A stretch of DNA of 64,000 nucleotides from Mobula birostris. Its lineage: Eukaryota. Location: contig NC_092377.1 of NCBI RefSeq assembly GCF_030028105.1, forward strand, positions 3,849,079 through 3,913,078, given 5' to 3'. Shown piece after piece: positions 13,341-25,305 of the stretch. Both the position numbers and the translations under genes were made by a program. The notes below the pieces were generated by a model that saw only the letters and a list, made by a program, of their open reading frames with translations, did no database searches and was not told where the DNA came from. Numbering within the stretch: the stretch's first letter is position 1; every line of letters begins with the position of its first letter.

Positions 13341-14199
13341 CTCTCAGACTGTGCACTGTAGTTTATTTAACAACCTGTGTGTCATCCTCGCAGGAATCTC
13401 CTGTCAATCCTCTCCAATGGCATGACATTCCTTTCTTGGATAAGTTAATAAAATATCATTCAGAATGCATGTAGAGCACAGCACAGGTAAACAATAAACA
13501 GAACATTATCCTAGTGATGAGACCTCAGTGTTGACAGTGTTTTCATTAGTCTCACAGCCTGAGGGAAGAAGCTGTTACCCAGTCTGACAGTCCCAGTCCT
13601 GAAGTTCCAATACTTCCTTCCTGACTGTAGTGGGTAAAAGAGATTGCAGGATGTGCAGTGGGGATTCTCAATAATGTTTAAGACCCTTTATCTGCAACGC
13701 TCCTGGTAAACGTCACAAATGGGGAGAGAGAACACCCTGACACTTTTTTAAACTGTCCTTTGTAAGGTCTTGCAGCTTCTGTACCACACACTGGTACAAC
13801 CAGACAGCTAATTGAAGACTATGGCATTTTGATAATTGTGTACTAAAATGAACCATGTTTTATTTTAGTTCAAATTATGTTCTTTATTGTAAAATCTGTG
13901 TATAATTGGTGTTTTTCTTGGGAATGCTGCCTATTTGATGCTCTGTGCCTGATCTGCAAGCGTTTCATTCCATCTGTCCTGATATGTACTTGTGCAGAGG
14001 ACAATGAACACAACACTAATGCTTTTAAATATTATAAGAGCTATTTCTGTACAATTAATAACTCTCAGCAAAGTGCTTCCATTTGCATCATACAGTGCAG
14101 CTAAAATAATTCTACATATTTAGTATTTCAATCTGTTTCCTCTCTTAGACGTCGTTACGCAGGAAGATTTTTAAGGTAATTGATATTTTCCCTTTACAG

Positions 14200-14544
14200 T
14201 TGCCAATCCTCCAGTCCTTATCCAGTCCCCAAGTCAGGAGAGCATCACCGAGGGGCAATCGGCATGGTTATGGTGCACCATGAAGAACGCCAGAGTGGGA
14301 AACACTGATGTCCACTGGTATCGGAGGCTACCCAGGCAGGACATGGAGTGGGTCTTAACACACGAGGCAGGAGGGAGCGTACGAAGGAGACCAGGTTTCA
14401 CTGAGAGGTTCCAGTCCTCCAGGAACTCCTCCAGTAGCAGTTTCATCCTCATCGTCACGAAGGTCGAGGTCAATGACTCTGCCGACTATTACTGCAGAGT
14501 GTGGGGAGACATCAATGGGAATGGAACCCGGCTCATTGTCATTA
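14200..14544 (+). CDS. Ig V-set exon 3 (germline VJ-type domain, 'type A', paralog of exon 1)
   Basis: Acceptor ttttccctttacAG (14198-99) and donor GTaagt (14545), phase 1/1. Translates ANPPVLIQSP...WLWC...VHWYR...DSADYYCRVWGDINGNGTRLIVI; 71/111 residues identical to exon 1 by manual alignment. Confidence 0.92.
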
Positions 14545-14739
14545 GTAAGTTCAGTTTACACAATGCAAACTGATTTCTAGTACTGGAGGAATTGAGCATG
14601 TATGGGCCAGGTGTACAAGTTTGTAAATTAATTTCTTTAAGCTATGATGTGATTATTTCTAGACGTCTTAGATATTTAGTCTTTTAGTTTTCATGAACAC
14701 ATCTGACAACAATATTGTGAAATATTGCTTTTCAATCTA

Positions 14740-17700
14740 GGATCCTGAGTGCCTCACGTGTGCCTTATAGAGCCTCAACATCACATCCCGGTTCTTATAT
14801 TCTACACCTCTAGAAATGAATGCCAACATTGCATTTGCCTTCTTCACAACTGACTCAACCTGCAGGTTAAACTTTAGGGTATACTGCACAAGGACTCCCA
14901 AGTCTCTTTCCATCTCTGCATTTTGAATTCTCTCCCTATCTAACTAACAGTTTGCCTGTTTCTTTCTTCGACGAAAGTGCATGACCATACACTTTCCAAC
15001 ATTAAATTTCATTTGCCAGTTCTTTGCCCATTTCCCCAAACTATCTAAGTCTCTCTGCAGACTCTGTTTCCTCAACACTAACTGCTCCATCACCTATCTT
15101 TGTATCATCGGCAAATTTAGCCACAAATCCCTTAATACCATAGACCAAATTATTAACATACATCGTAAAAAGTAACAGTCCCAACACTGACCCCTGTGGA
15201 ATGCCAGAATTGGATCCCTTTATTCCCACTCTGTTTTCTGCCGACCAGCCTATGCTCCACCCATGCTAGTAACTTCTCTGTAATTCCATGGGCTTTTATC
15301 TTGCTAAGCAGCCTCATGTGCAGCACCTTGTCAAAGGCCTTCTGAAAATCCAATTACACCACGTCTACTGCATCTTCTTTGTCTACCCTGCTTGTAATTT
15401 CTTCAAAGAATTGCAGAAGGTTTGTCAGGCAGGATTTTCCTTTCAGGAAACCATGCTGGCTTTGGCCTATCTTGTCATGTGTCTCAGGTACTCTGTAATC
15501 TCATCCCTAACAATCGATTCCAACAACTTCCCAACCACAGATGCCAGGCTAACAGGTCTATAGTTTCCTTTCTGCTGCCTCCCACCCTTCTTAAAAGGCG
15601 AAGTAATGTTTGCAATTTTCCAGTCATCCGATACAATGCCAGAATCTATCGATTCTTGAAAGATCATCGTTAATGCCTCCGCAATCTCTCCAGCTCCTTC
15701 CTTCAGAACCCAAGGGTGCATTCCATCAGGTCCAGGAGATATATCCACCTTCAGACCATTATGCTTCCTGAGCGCCTTCTCAGTTGTAATTTTCACTGCA
15801 CAAACCTCACATCCCTGACACTCTTGAATGTCTGGTATGCTGCAGATGTCTTCCACTGTGAAGACTGATGCAAGATACTCATTCAGTTCCTCTGCCATCT
15901 CTGCATCTCTCATTACAATATCTCCAGTGTCATTTTGTATTGGTCCTATATCTACCCTCAACTCTCTTTTACCCTTTATATACTTAAAAAAGCTTTTAGT
16001 ATCTTCTTTGATATTAGTCACCAGTTTCCTCTCATAATTCATCTTTTCCTTCTGAATGACCTTCTTAGTTTCCTTCTGGAAGTTTTTAAAAGCTCCCCAA
16101 TCCTCTATCTTCCCACTACCTCTGGCTTCCTAGTATGTCCTCTCTTTTGTTTTTACTTTGTCTCTGATTTCACTTGTCAGCCATGGTAGTGTCCTTCTTC
16201 CCTTTGAAAATTTGTTTCTTATTTGGAATATATCTGTCTTGCACTTCCCTCATTTTCCACAGAAACTCCAACTATTGCTGCTCTGCTGCCCTTCCTGCAA
16301 ATGTCCCTTTCCAGTCAACTTTGGCCAGTTCCCCTCCCATACCATTGTAATTTCCTTTATTTCACTGAAACACCGACACATTAGATTTTATTTTTTCCCT
16401 CTCAAATTTCAAAGTGAACTCGATCATATTGTGATCACTGTTCCCCAAGGGTTCCTTAACCTTAAGCTCTCTGATCACCTCTGGATCATTTCACAACCCC
16501 CAATCCAGTACAGCCAATCCCCTAGTGGGCTCAACAACAAGCTGTTCTAAAAAGCATCCCTTAGACATTCTACAAATTCTCTCTCTTGAGGTCTGGTTTT
16601 CTCAATGCACTTTCAGATTAAAATCCCCAACGATTATCACGACATTGCCTTTCTGATATGCCTTTTCTATCTTCTGGTACTTGAAAAGTTCCATCAACAC
16701 TTGTCTCTGAAACATCTTAAATATCAGCTGGGAAGATTGAAGAGCCAAAGTCAGCTTTCTAAATGAAGCAAAAACAACAGGCACCGAAGCCTACGTCATC
16801 AAGAATCAACTAAGATGGAGCGGTCATGTTGTTCACGTGAAAGACGAATGTCTGCTGAAACAAATCTTCTACTCCTTGCTTACAGAAGGCAAACGTAAAA
16901 GAGGCAGGCAACAGAAGAGATTCAAAGACATCTTAAAAGCCAACATAAAGAAATGTACCAGTGACATCAACAATTGGGAAGCCAATGTCAAGGACAGGAA
17001 ACTCTGGCAAACCATCATCTTTCGAAGCTGACAGATGTGCAGAAATAGAAGAAAAGAGAAGGAAATGGAAAGAGAGGCAGCAACAACCAAAGCCCGATTT
17101 GCCAGCTTTAAATACCTGTCCTGAATGCAGAAGAACTTTCAAAGCCAAGATTGGACTCATAAGCCACTTGTGAGCCCATAAATAGATCAACCATCATCCT
17201 CGACGTCGAGGGATAGCCATGATGTCTGTCTCCTGCTGTAATTTGTAATCCACATCCTGGCTGCTGTTTGGAGGCCTGTATACAACTGCCATTAGGGTCC
17301 TTTTACCCTTGACATTTCTTAACTCAACCCATAGTGACTCTACACCTTCCGATCCTATGTCATCTCTTTCCAATGATTTAATATTATTTCTTATATACAG
17401 AACCACACCACCCCCTCTGCCAACCAGTTTATCTTTCCGATACACTGTATATCCTTGGACATTCAGCTCCCAATGGCAGCCATCCTTTAGCCAAGTTTCA
17501 GAGATGGCCACAACGTCATATTTGCCAATCTGCAGCTGAATTTCAAGATTGTCCATTTTATTTCTTTTGCTACGTGCATTCAAATGTAACACTTCCAGTC
17601 CAGTATTTGTTGTTTTCTGTTTTAACTGCACCACACCTTTATTGCCCTGTAACTCATGCCACTGGCTTTGATTAAGCCTCATCACCTGCCTGTTCTTTCT

Positions 17701-18690
17701 ATAATCTCTGTTGCATGCTATCTTTGATTTATTTCTGTTTTCCCCTTCTTCAGCCCTATCATTCTGGTTCCCATCCCCCTGCCAAGTTAGTTTAAACCCT
17801 CCCTAACAGCTTTATTAAATGTTCCCTCTAGGATATTGGACCCCTTTGGGTTCCTGTGTAACCCGTCCTTTTTATACAGATCATACCTCCCCCAGAAGAG
17901 GCCCCAATGATCCAGGAACCTGAATCCCTGCCACTACACCAGTCTCTCAGCCACACATTAATATGCCTGATCATGCTATTCTTGTACTCGCTAGCACGTG
18001 GCACAGGCAGCAATCCTGAGATTGCTACCCTACAAGTCCTGCTTTTAAGCTTCCCACCTAACTCCCTGAATCTCTCTTCAGGACCTTCTCCCTTTTTCTA
18101 CCTATGTTATTGGTACTGACGTGGACCAAGACTTCCGGCTGGTCACCCTCTCCCTTCAGAATACTCTGCACTCGTCCGAGACATCCCGTACCCTGACACC
18201 AGGGAGGCAACACACCATGTAGGTATCTCTATCAGGCTGACAGAACCTCCTGTCTGTTCCCCTCACTATAGAATCCCCTATGACCTCCACATTCCTCATC
18301 TTCCTCATTCCCTTCTGCACCATGGAACCAGGCTCAATGCCAGAGACCCGATCGCTGTGGTCGTCCTCTGTCAGGTCATCCCCCTCAACAGCATCCAAAA
18401 CGAGATAACGATTACTGAGGGGGATGGCCACAGAGACGCTCTCTACTATCTGAGCTCTTTCCCTCACTTCACTGACAGTCACCCACTTACCTAACGCCTG
18501 CAGCCTCGGGGTGACTAACTCCCTGTAGCTCCTTCAATATCCTGTTCACTTTCCCTAATAAGCTGTAGGTCATCAAGCTGCAGTTCCAGATCCTTAACGC
18601 GGTCTCACAGGAGCCATCTGGGAGACTGGAAGATTCCCAGGATTCCCACATCTGACACTCTGAGCGAAATACTAACCCTACCGACATTGT
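14740..18690 (-). mobile_element. Near full-length degenerate CR1 in the V3-TM intron
   Basis: Minus-strand RT (15041-16042), APE endonuclease (17194-17685, LHLNARS...ISETWL...YRPPNS) and ORF1 esterase/Cys-rich parts (17828-18687). Confidence 0.88.
16790..17225 (+). mobile_element. RTE-clade LINE 3' fragment nested in the CR1
   Basis: Close copy of 12880-13340 (same C-terminal CPECRRTFKAKIG motif and tail). Confidence 0.75.
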
Positions 18691-19934
18691 ATTTTTCCCT
18701 CAAGAAAAATGCAAGGAAAAAAACAAAAACGAAGATCACTTACCCACTTACCTCACTGAAGCCCACTTTCCCCTAAGCCTGAATGGGCCAAAGCCTGTTG
18801 CTTCTATTCTTGCCAATGAAGGTGCTGCATCTCTGACTGTCCGCACTGTCACACATGGAAGTGGAAGGGTTCATCATTGCTGTTTCTGGAACAATTTTGT
18901 TTTACCAGTCAGGGTTGTTAGCTCCGAGCTGAACCCCTGAACCTGGATGATCATTGAATAAATGTGTCAACACCTGTTGCTGCTTTACCAAGGCAGTGTG
19001 GACGTACAAAAAGGAAATATGGGTGACTAATGCCTTTGGGTTTTTTGAGTTTGCACATATCTGAAATGATGCTGGTCATTCAGTGAGTATCGTTCACTGG
19101 AGATTCAGAAACCCTTCAATAACTTCAGAGCAGGTGGGATTTGAGAAATTACATTGATCAGATTTGGGATTGATTACTGGACAGAGACCAAGGAATGGGA
19201 AGAGAGGGTGATTGTCTGGAAGACTGTCAGTAGTGGCTGGGATCAGGGCTGGGCCCCAGCTCTAACAATCTGTACCAATGAGGGGACCAAGTGTATCCAA
19301 GCCTGTCGGGGATGCAGAGGTGCTGGCAATGTGATTGGTGAGGTGGATGCAGAGACGTACGGGGATGTAGACACACGGAGTGAATGTGCAAGGTGAAGAC
19401 AGTTGGAATATCATGTGGACAAATGTGAGATCATTCTCTTGGGAGGAAAAATAGAAACAAAGAGTAATTTCTGAATGGAGAGAGACTGAGAGATATTCAT
19501 GTCCTGGGGAATCTGGGTGGCCTTGTACACAAAGATCAAACCCAGCAGGCAGGTACAACTGGTGATTCAGAAAGGAATCCCTTGTCCATTATTGTGGGAC
19601 AGATTTGAGTACGAGTAATGATGCCTTAATGGAATTATGGTGTCCAGTGAGACGGCAATGAGCAACAGTAAGTCTCTGAGGGTCGTGCTTTATTCAGTCA
19701 CCCAGTGGGTCAGTTGGTACAAGCAGGTGGAACAGCATCATTCCTTCAGGGATTGGGTAAATATTTGGAAAGAACTTTTCACAGGACTCTGGGGAATGAG
19801 GGGACTGGGATCAGTGAGCACCTTTTTCAAAGAGCTGGCACAGGAGGATGGGCTGAATGGATTCCTTCTACACTGACAGTGAGCTTCCCAGATGTTTACC
19901 TACTGATATGATTTCCTTTCCGTTCCTCAAACAG

Positions 19935-20054
19935 AGATGTCCCGAGCCCCATCGTACCTGGCCTGGCTCATTCTGGCTGTCGTGCTGGGAGTTCTGGCTG
20001 TCACTGGAGGCATTTTCCTCATCAGACGCAGAGCGTTTAGAAACCACCCGTCCC
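19935..20054 (+). CDS. Transmembrane exon of the multi-V receptor
   Basis: Acceptor tttccgttcctcaaacAG and donor GTacgt (20055), phase 1/1. Translates (K)MSRAPSYLAWLILAVVLGVLAVTGGIFLIRRRAFRNHPS: 23 hydrophobic residues with no charge, then an RRR stop-transfer. Not shown in this frame by the ORF track. Confidence 0.85.
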
Positions 20055-20220
20055 GTACGTGTGACTAAATGGTTCATTCTGATCTGATTGTTGTGTGGAG
20101 TTATTAAAATGTAAAGGTCAGGGACTGATTGTGAAAGAGCCCATCGTTGTGTTGTGAAAGCAATGTGGGACTCACAGCTCGGAGATGGGTGTTACTGATA
20201 CTTTATACTCTATTTCACAG

Positions 20221-20294
20221 ACCCACCCACAGCCACTGATCACCAGAGCCCAAGGGCAGATTATGAAAATGTTTCCATGGCCAGGGATGTCCCG
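20221..20294 (+). CDS. Cytoplasmic exon 1 (contains YENV)
   Basis: Acceptor tactctatttcacAG (20219-20) and donor GTgagt (20295), phase 1/0. Translates (H)PPTATDHQSPRADYENVSMARDVP. Confidence 0.78.
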
Positions 20295-20678
20295 GTGAGT
20301 TCTGATGCTTTTCTCGGAATTGTGTGGGGATCGTTCTGGTATGTTCTTGGGAGTTGCGGGAGACGGAGAGAAACAGAGAGACAGCAGGCGGTGTGCGTTG
20401 CTGTCGGAGAAAGCCCCTGCACACTCTGTCGGTCATTGACTCTATGGGCTCAGAGAACTGACACAGCAGATTGTAACATCGAAACAGCGAGTGGTCTCCT
20501 GCCCTCATTTGTTACATGAGCGATATCCCTCTCAGCCTTGCTCGTGAGAGAGAGTCTGTCTGAGTTGTGTGAAGATAACTTGCCCTTCACATCTCCCCTA
20601 AACTGTCCCACTCTCACCTTAAAGCCAGTGTTGATAATGTTTAGACCGATGTAATGGTTCAATTGTGTTCTGTTGTAG

Positions 20679-20720
20679 GGTCCAGGAGGTCACCAGGTCG
20701 ATTCAAACAACACCTACATG
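20679..20720 (+). CDS. Cytoplasmic exon 2 (first ITAM tyrosine)
   Basis: Acceptor tgtgttctgttgtAG and donor GTaagg (20721), phase 0/0. Translates GPGGHQVDSNNTYM. Confidence 0.78.
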
Positions 20721-20810
20721 GTAAGGAAGGTCACCTCTGGAACATTGAAGCTTTAGGCACAGCATGAGCTGTCAAGCTGTTGTTCACACCACTTCTGTGT
20801 TCTCTACTAG

Positions 20811-20853
20811 GCTCTGCAACGTCCCACTCAGTCCATCTACGGTCATCTCCAAG
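20811..20853 (+). CDS. Cytoplasmic exon 3 (completes ITAM)
   Basis: Acceptor ttctgtgttctctactAG and donor GTacgt (20854), phase 0/1. Translates ALQRPTQSIYGHLQ; with the previous exon it gives YMAL-QRPTQSI-YGHL. Confidence 0.78.
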
Positions 20854-21419
20854 GTACGTTGCAACATCTTTGGACAGGCCGGCTAAACCATATCAACTGC
20901 TGTGGAAATGGTGAGACTGGAGAAGTCTTTATACAGGAACAGCCAGTGAGCAATGAGCCCCGTGTGGTGATGGGTCAGCGGCAGCTCAGTCTGATCACCA
21001 ATTGGACCAGGGTGTGAATTCACACCTTTTACTGAATCAGGTCGCTCAGCCATGCACAGACATCCTCACAGTCCTGGTAAAGCTGAGTGTCTAAAAGACC
21101 CAGTGCTGTTCATCACCTCCATTGGTTTCAAGGCTGAGCAAGTGTTGTCCCTGATTTTTCCAGCAGGATCTGTTACATGAGTTGCTGGAATTTGGAATGA
21201 GATGCCCAAGGCAAAATTCCCACTCACATACCCCGTCCTCTTCTGGACCCATCAGTAATTCCTCACGATGATTTCAGGGAAAGGACATCCGTCCCTGAGC
21301 AAGTTCACAGTGTCATCTGAACCAGATCTACTGGTGAGATGAGGCAGAGTTCAATGTTCTCAGCCATTTTGACAATTGGATTGCGGTGCTCTCAGTTTAG
21401 ACGGTGGAGGAGTTCAGCT

Positions 21420-21860
21420 TCAAGTTCAAGTGTCTTGTCACAGACGAACACACCCAGGGTATAATCACCATGAAGATCAGCTCACTGCAGCAGCACAGTC
21501 CATTACAAACACGACAAAACTAATTAATGTAAAATTAAATTAACATAAATTATACATCAACAACAACATAAACATCATGACATGAGCACAGGTTGAGAGA
21601 GAGAAATTAAAAGCAGCACAAGTCGTGTTAGAGTTGTTCAGGGGGGGGTTCAGGATCCTGATGGCAGTGGGAAGAAGTTGTTGTTGAACATCCGCGTGAG
21701 GGTCCTGGACCTCCTGTGTGAAGGCAGCATTGAGTCGAGGGCACAGCTCGGATGGTGGGCTCTCTGATGATGAGCATTGCCTTCCTGAGATATCACCTCT
21801 TGTAGATGTTCTGAATGGTGGGGGGAGTTGTACTCGTAATGGAACTGGTTGAGTCCTTCT
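21420..21860 (-). mobile_element. Old Rex1/Babar 3' remnant
   Basis: NNFFP/TAIRILN-like remnants in ORFs 21540-21916. Confidence 0.55.
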
Positions 21861-21881
21861 TTCCCTGTAACCTTGTCCCTG

Positions 21882-22410
21882 TACACTGGAGATTCCCACA
21901 CCAGCGCGTGGTACAAGTAGGTGTGATCACACTATCCCCTTGTGTCCCTCTACACTGGAGATCACACACCAGAACGTTATACAACTAGGTGTGATCTCAC
22001 TGATCCCCTTGTGTTCCTGTACACTGGAGATCCCACACCAGAACATGGTACAACTAGGTGTGATCACACTGATCCCCTTGTGTTCCTCTACACTGGAGAT
22101 CACACACCAGAACGTTATACAACTAGGTGTGATCTCACTGATCCCCTTGTGTTCCTGTGTACTGGAGATCCCACACCAGAACATGGTACAACTAGGTGTG
22201 ATCACACTGATCCCCTTGTGTTCCTGTGTACAGGAGATCCCACACCAGAACGTTATACAACTAGGTGTGATCTCACTGATCCCCTTGTGTTCCTGTGTAC
22301 TGGAGATCTCACACCAGAACATGGTACAACTAGGTGTGATCTCACTGATCCCCTTGTGGGTCTGTACACTGGACATCCCACACCAGAACACAGTACCACT
22401 AGGTGTGATA
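21882..22410. repeat. 69-bp minisatellite, about 7.7 copies
   Basis: Unit tacactggagatc(a/c)cacaccagaac(gtta/atgg)tacaactaggtgtgatc(t/a)cactgatccccttgtgttcctg starts at 21882, 21951, 22020, 22089, 22158, 22227, 22296, 22365. Confidence 0.95.
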
Positions 22411-23566
22411 CCATTAAAGAGCTGCCAATGTTAATAGAGTTTGTTCTGTTGGATGGAAAGAAATCACTTATTCTAGCTGGGAATCCAAAACGTGGGATTA
22501 CAATGTCACTGGAGGCCAGCTGTCCCAGAGACACTGGTGTTGATGTGCAACCCTCTCCCAACACAAATGGGAATTCCTGATCGGAGCCATAAGACCATAA
22601 GATTTTGGAGAAGAATGAGACCACTTGGCCCATCGTGTGTGCTCCGTCATTTCACCATGGCTGATCCATTTCCCCCCGAGCCCCAATTTCCTGCCTTCTC
22701 TCCGTGTGGCATCATGCCCTGACTAAACAAAAATCTATCAACTTCTACGTTGTATATACCCAGCAATATGGCCTCAACAGCCATCTTTGGCAACAAATTC
22801 CACAGATTCATCACACTCTGGCTACAAGGATTTCCGTTCTAAGTTGTCACCCCTCTATTCTGAGGTTGTGTCCTCTGGTCGTAGAATCCCCCACCATAGG
22901 AAACAGCCTCTCTCCATCCACTCTATCAAGGCCTTTCAGTTTCTGGTAGGTTTCTCTGAGGTCACTCCTTATTTCTCTGAATTCCAGTGAGTTCAGGCCA
23001 AGAGCCATCAGATGCTCTCATATGATAAGCCTTTCAGTTCTGAAATCATTTGAAGCCTCTCTTGGGCCCTCTCCAATGTCAGCACATCCTTTTTTCAATA
23101 AGAGTCCCAAACCTGCTCGCAATACAAATCCTCAGCATTCCATTCATGCTTTGATATTCCAGTCTTCTCGAAATGACCGCCAACATCGGATTTCTGTTCC
23201 TCACCACAAACTCAAACTGCAAATTAATCTTTAGGGAATCCTGCACAAGGACTCCAAAGTCCATTTGTACACCAGAATTTGGTATTTTCTCTCCATGAAG
23301 TAAATAGTCCACAGTTCCATTCTTTTCTACCAAGGAGCATGGACATACATTTCCCAACAATGTATTCCATCTGCCACTTCTTTGCTCATTCTACTAATCT
23401 GTCTAAATGCTCTGTGGCTTCTCTGCTTCCTCAACAATATCTGCCCCTCCACTTATCTTCATATTGTCCACATACTTGGCCACAAGGTCATCAATTCTGT
23501 CATCTAGATCTTTAACACTTCATGTAACAGGACACCACTAGTCACCAGCAGCTAACCAGAAAAGAT

Positions 23567-24452
23567 TGTGACAAGAATCAGTCCTTGTAATAATGATCAG
23601 TGAGGTACAGAGAATCTGTATTTACCAACAAGTAACTTTTATTGTTTCAACTCAAAGCACGTGGGTCACAAAGTATCTATCTGTGTGCACCCTACTAGAA
23701 TCCTTGACCCTACATGAACAGTCAATGAAGAGAAAAGGTATTACCTGGTAAAGGAGTCTACGCTGGCCAAGCATTCCTCATAGTCCTGATTTCCATGTGT
23801 CCATGGGGTCCTCCTTATCCACAATGGTTGGTCTCTGGCTGCTGGAGAGTTATTTCCCCTGTGTATTTGCAGCTCCTGAGTCCTGTACTGTTCCTCATCA
23901 ATCGAACAGTTGGATCTCCATCCCATTGGCTCAAGGTCACCTGACCTGCCTGGGTCACCACCTTACTGGTCATTGTACAGGAGCAACAACCAACATTGTT
24001 TCAAGGTTCTGTCCACCCCAGCCTTGTGTATTTGAGCCTTTCAACTCTGACTGGTTTAAACCAATTCAATGAAGCAACCCAGACAAAGTCTAATGAAATT
24101 ACAGATCGCTTCTTTGGTAGGTCTGGCATTTTCCAAAATATGTAGCTACTCCAAGAACGGTCTCAAGCTCACTAGAAGTTCCTTGTGTCAACATTCAATT
24201 GCTCTGATTAGATTGTCCCAGAGCAAGAATCAGTTTGGAGTCTATGCCTTTATATAACAAATAGCTACTTGTCTGAGAATGATCTTGGGTTTAGCAGGTC
24301 ATTACCAGAATCTCCTTGTGTCCACATTCAATTGCTCTGATTAGATTATCTCAGAGCATGAATCAGTTCAGGTTCCACAAAATGGGGGAAACAAAGACAA
24401 CTGGCTTGTCTGCTTCCCTTGTTCTCGATCAGACTGTTTCTTCTGACTAACA
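23567..24452. mobile_element. Possible solo LTR inserted in the CR1
   Basis: Non-CR1 segment starting TGTGACA and ending AACA, with an internal ~56-bp duplication (24181, 24314). No clear TSD. Confidence 0.4.
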
Positions 24453-25305
24453 GGGTTGTCTCCTGCCAATCAGCCAATGCCCTATCCATGTTAGTTTCTT
24501 CCCTGTAATATCATGGGCTCTTAACTTGTTAAGCAGCCTCATGTGTGGCACCTTGTCAATGGTCTAAAAATCAATTTACACAATATCCACAACTTTTTGT
24601 CTATCCTGTTTGTCATTTCTTCAAAGAATTCTAACAGGCAAGGTCTCCCCATGCTGATCAAGGCCTATTTTATCATGTGCCTCCAACTACTCATTAGCAA
24701 TCGACTCCAACTTCTTCCCAACCACTGAGGTCAGACTAACTCTCCTATAGTTTCCCTTCTACTACCTCTTTCCCATCTTGAAGAGCAGAGTGACATTTGC
24801 AATTTACAGTCCACCAGAACCATGCTATAATCAACTGACTCTTTAAAAATCATTACTAATGCCTCTACAGTCTGTTCAGCCACCTCCTTTAGAACCCTAG
24901 GATGTAGACTGCCAGGTCCAGTTGATTTATCTACCTTCAGACCTTTCAGTTTCCCAAGGACCTTCTCCCTAGATTTGGCCACCATTTCCTTGTCTCTCAT
25001 TACTATCTCTCCTGCATTGTTTTCCAATGGTCCGATATCTACTCATGTCTCTCTTTTACACTTTATATATCTGAAGAAATGTTTGGTATCCTTTTTAATA
25101 TTATTGACTAGCTTACCTTCATTTCCCATCTGTTCCTCCTTCATGACTTTTTTGTTTGTCTTCTGTTGGTTTTCAAATGCTTCACTTCAAAATATACTCT
25201 GCCTTTGGCTTATATGTTGGCTTTGACTTCGCTTGTTGACTTGTCTAGCTTTCTCCGCCCATCGCAATGCAACCAACACTGCCAGCATCTCCACTGTATA
25301 CACCC

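Noticed and set aside
6482-14544. Germline-joined Ig light-chain or TCR V genes
   Set aside because: Cartilaginous fish do have germline-joined IgL genes, but I found no C1 exon. The three V exons splice in tandem to a TM and ITAM tail, and J is in the same exon without RSS.
18700-19930. Additional C1 or stalk exon between V3 and TM
   Set aside because: No Ig Cys/Trp pattern in the frames read; the region is degraded CR1/RTE-like sequence.
21401-21543. ORF after an AG that is open in both paralogs (DGGGVQLQ...)
   Set aside because: The paralog differences I saw are all nonsynonymous, and it overlaps a Rex1 tail remnant.
21927-22633. Long repetitive ORFs (154-212 aa) on both strands
   Set aside because: Produced by the 69-bp (23-codon) minisatellite; no splice or start context.
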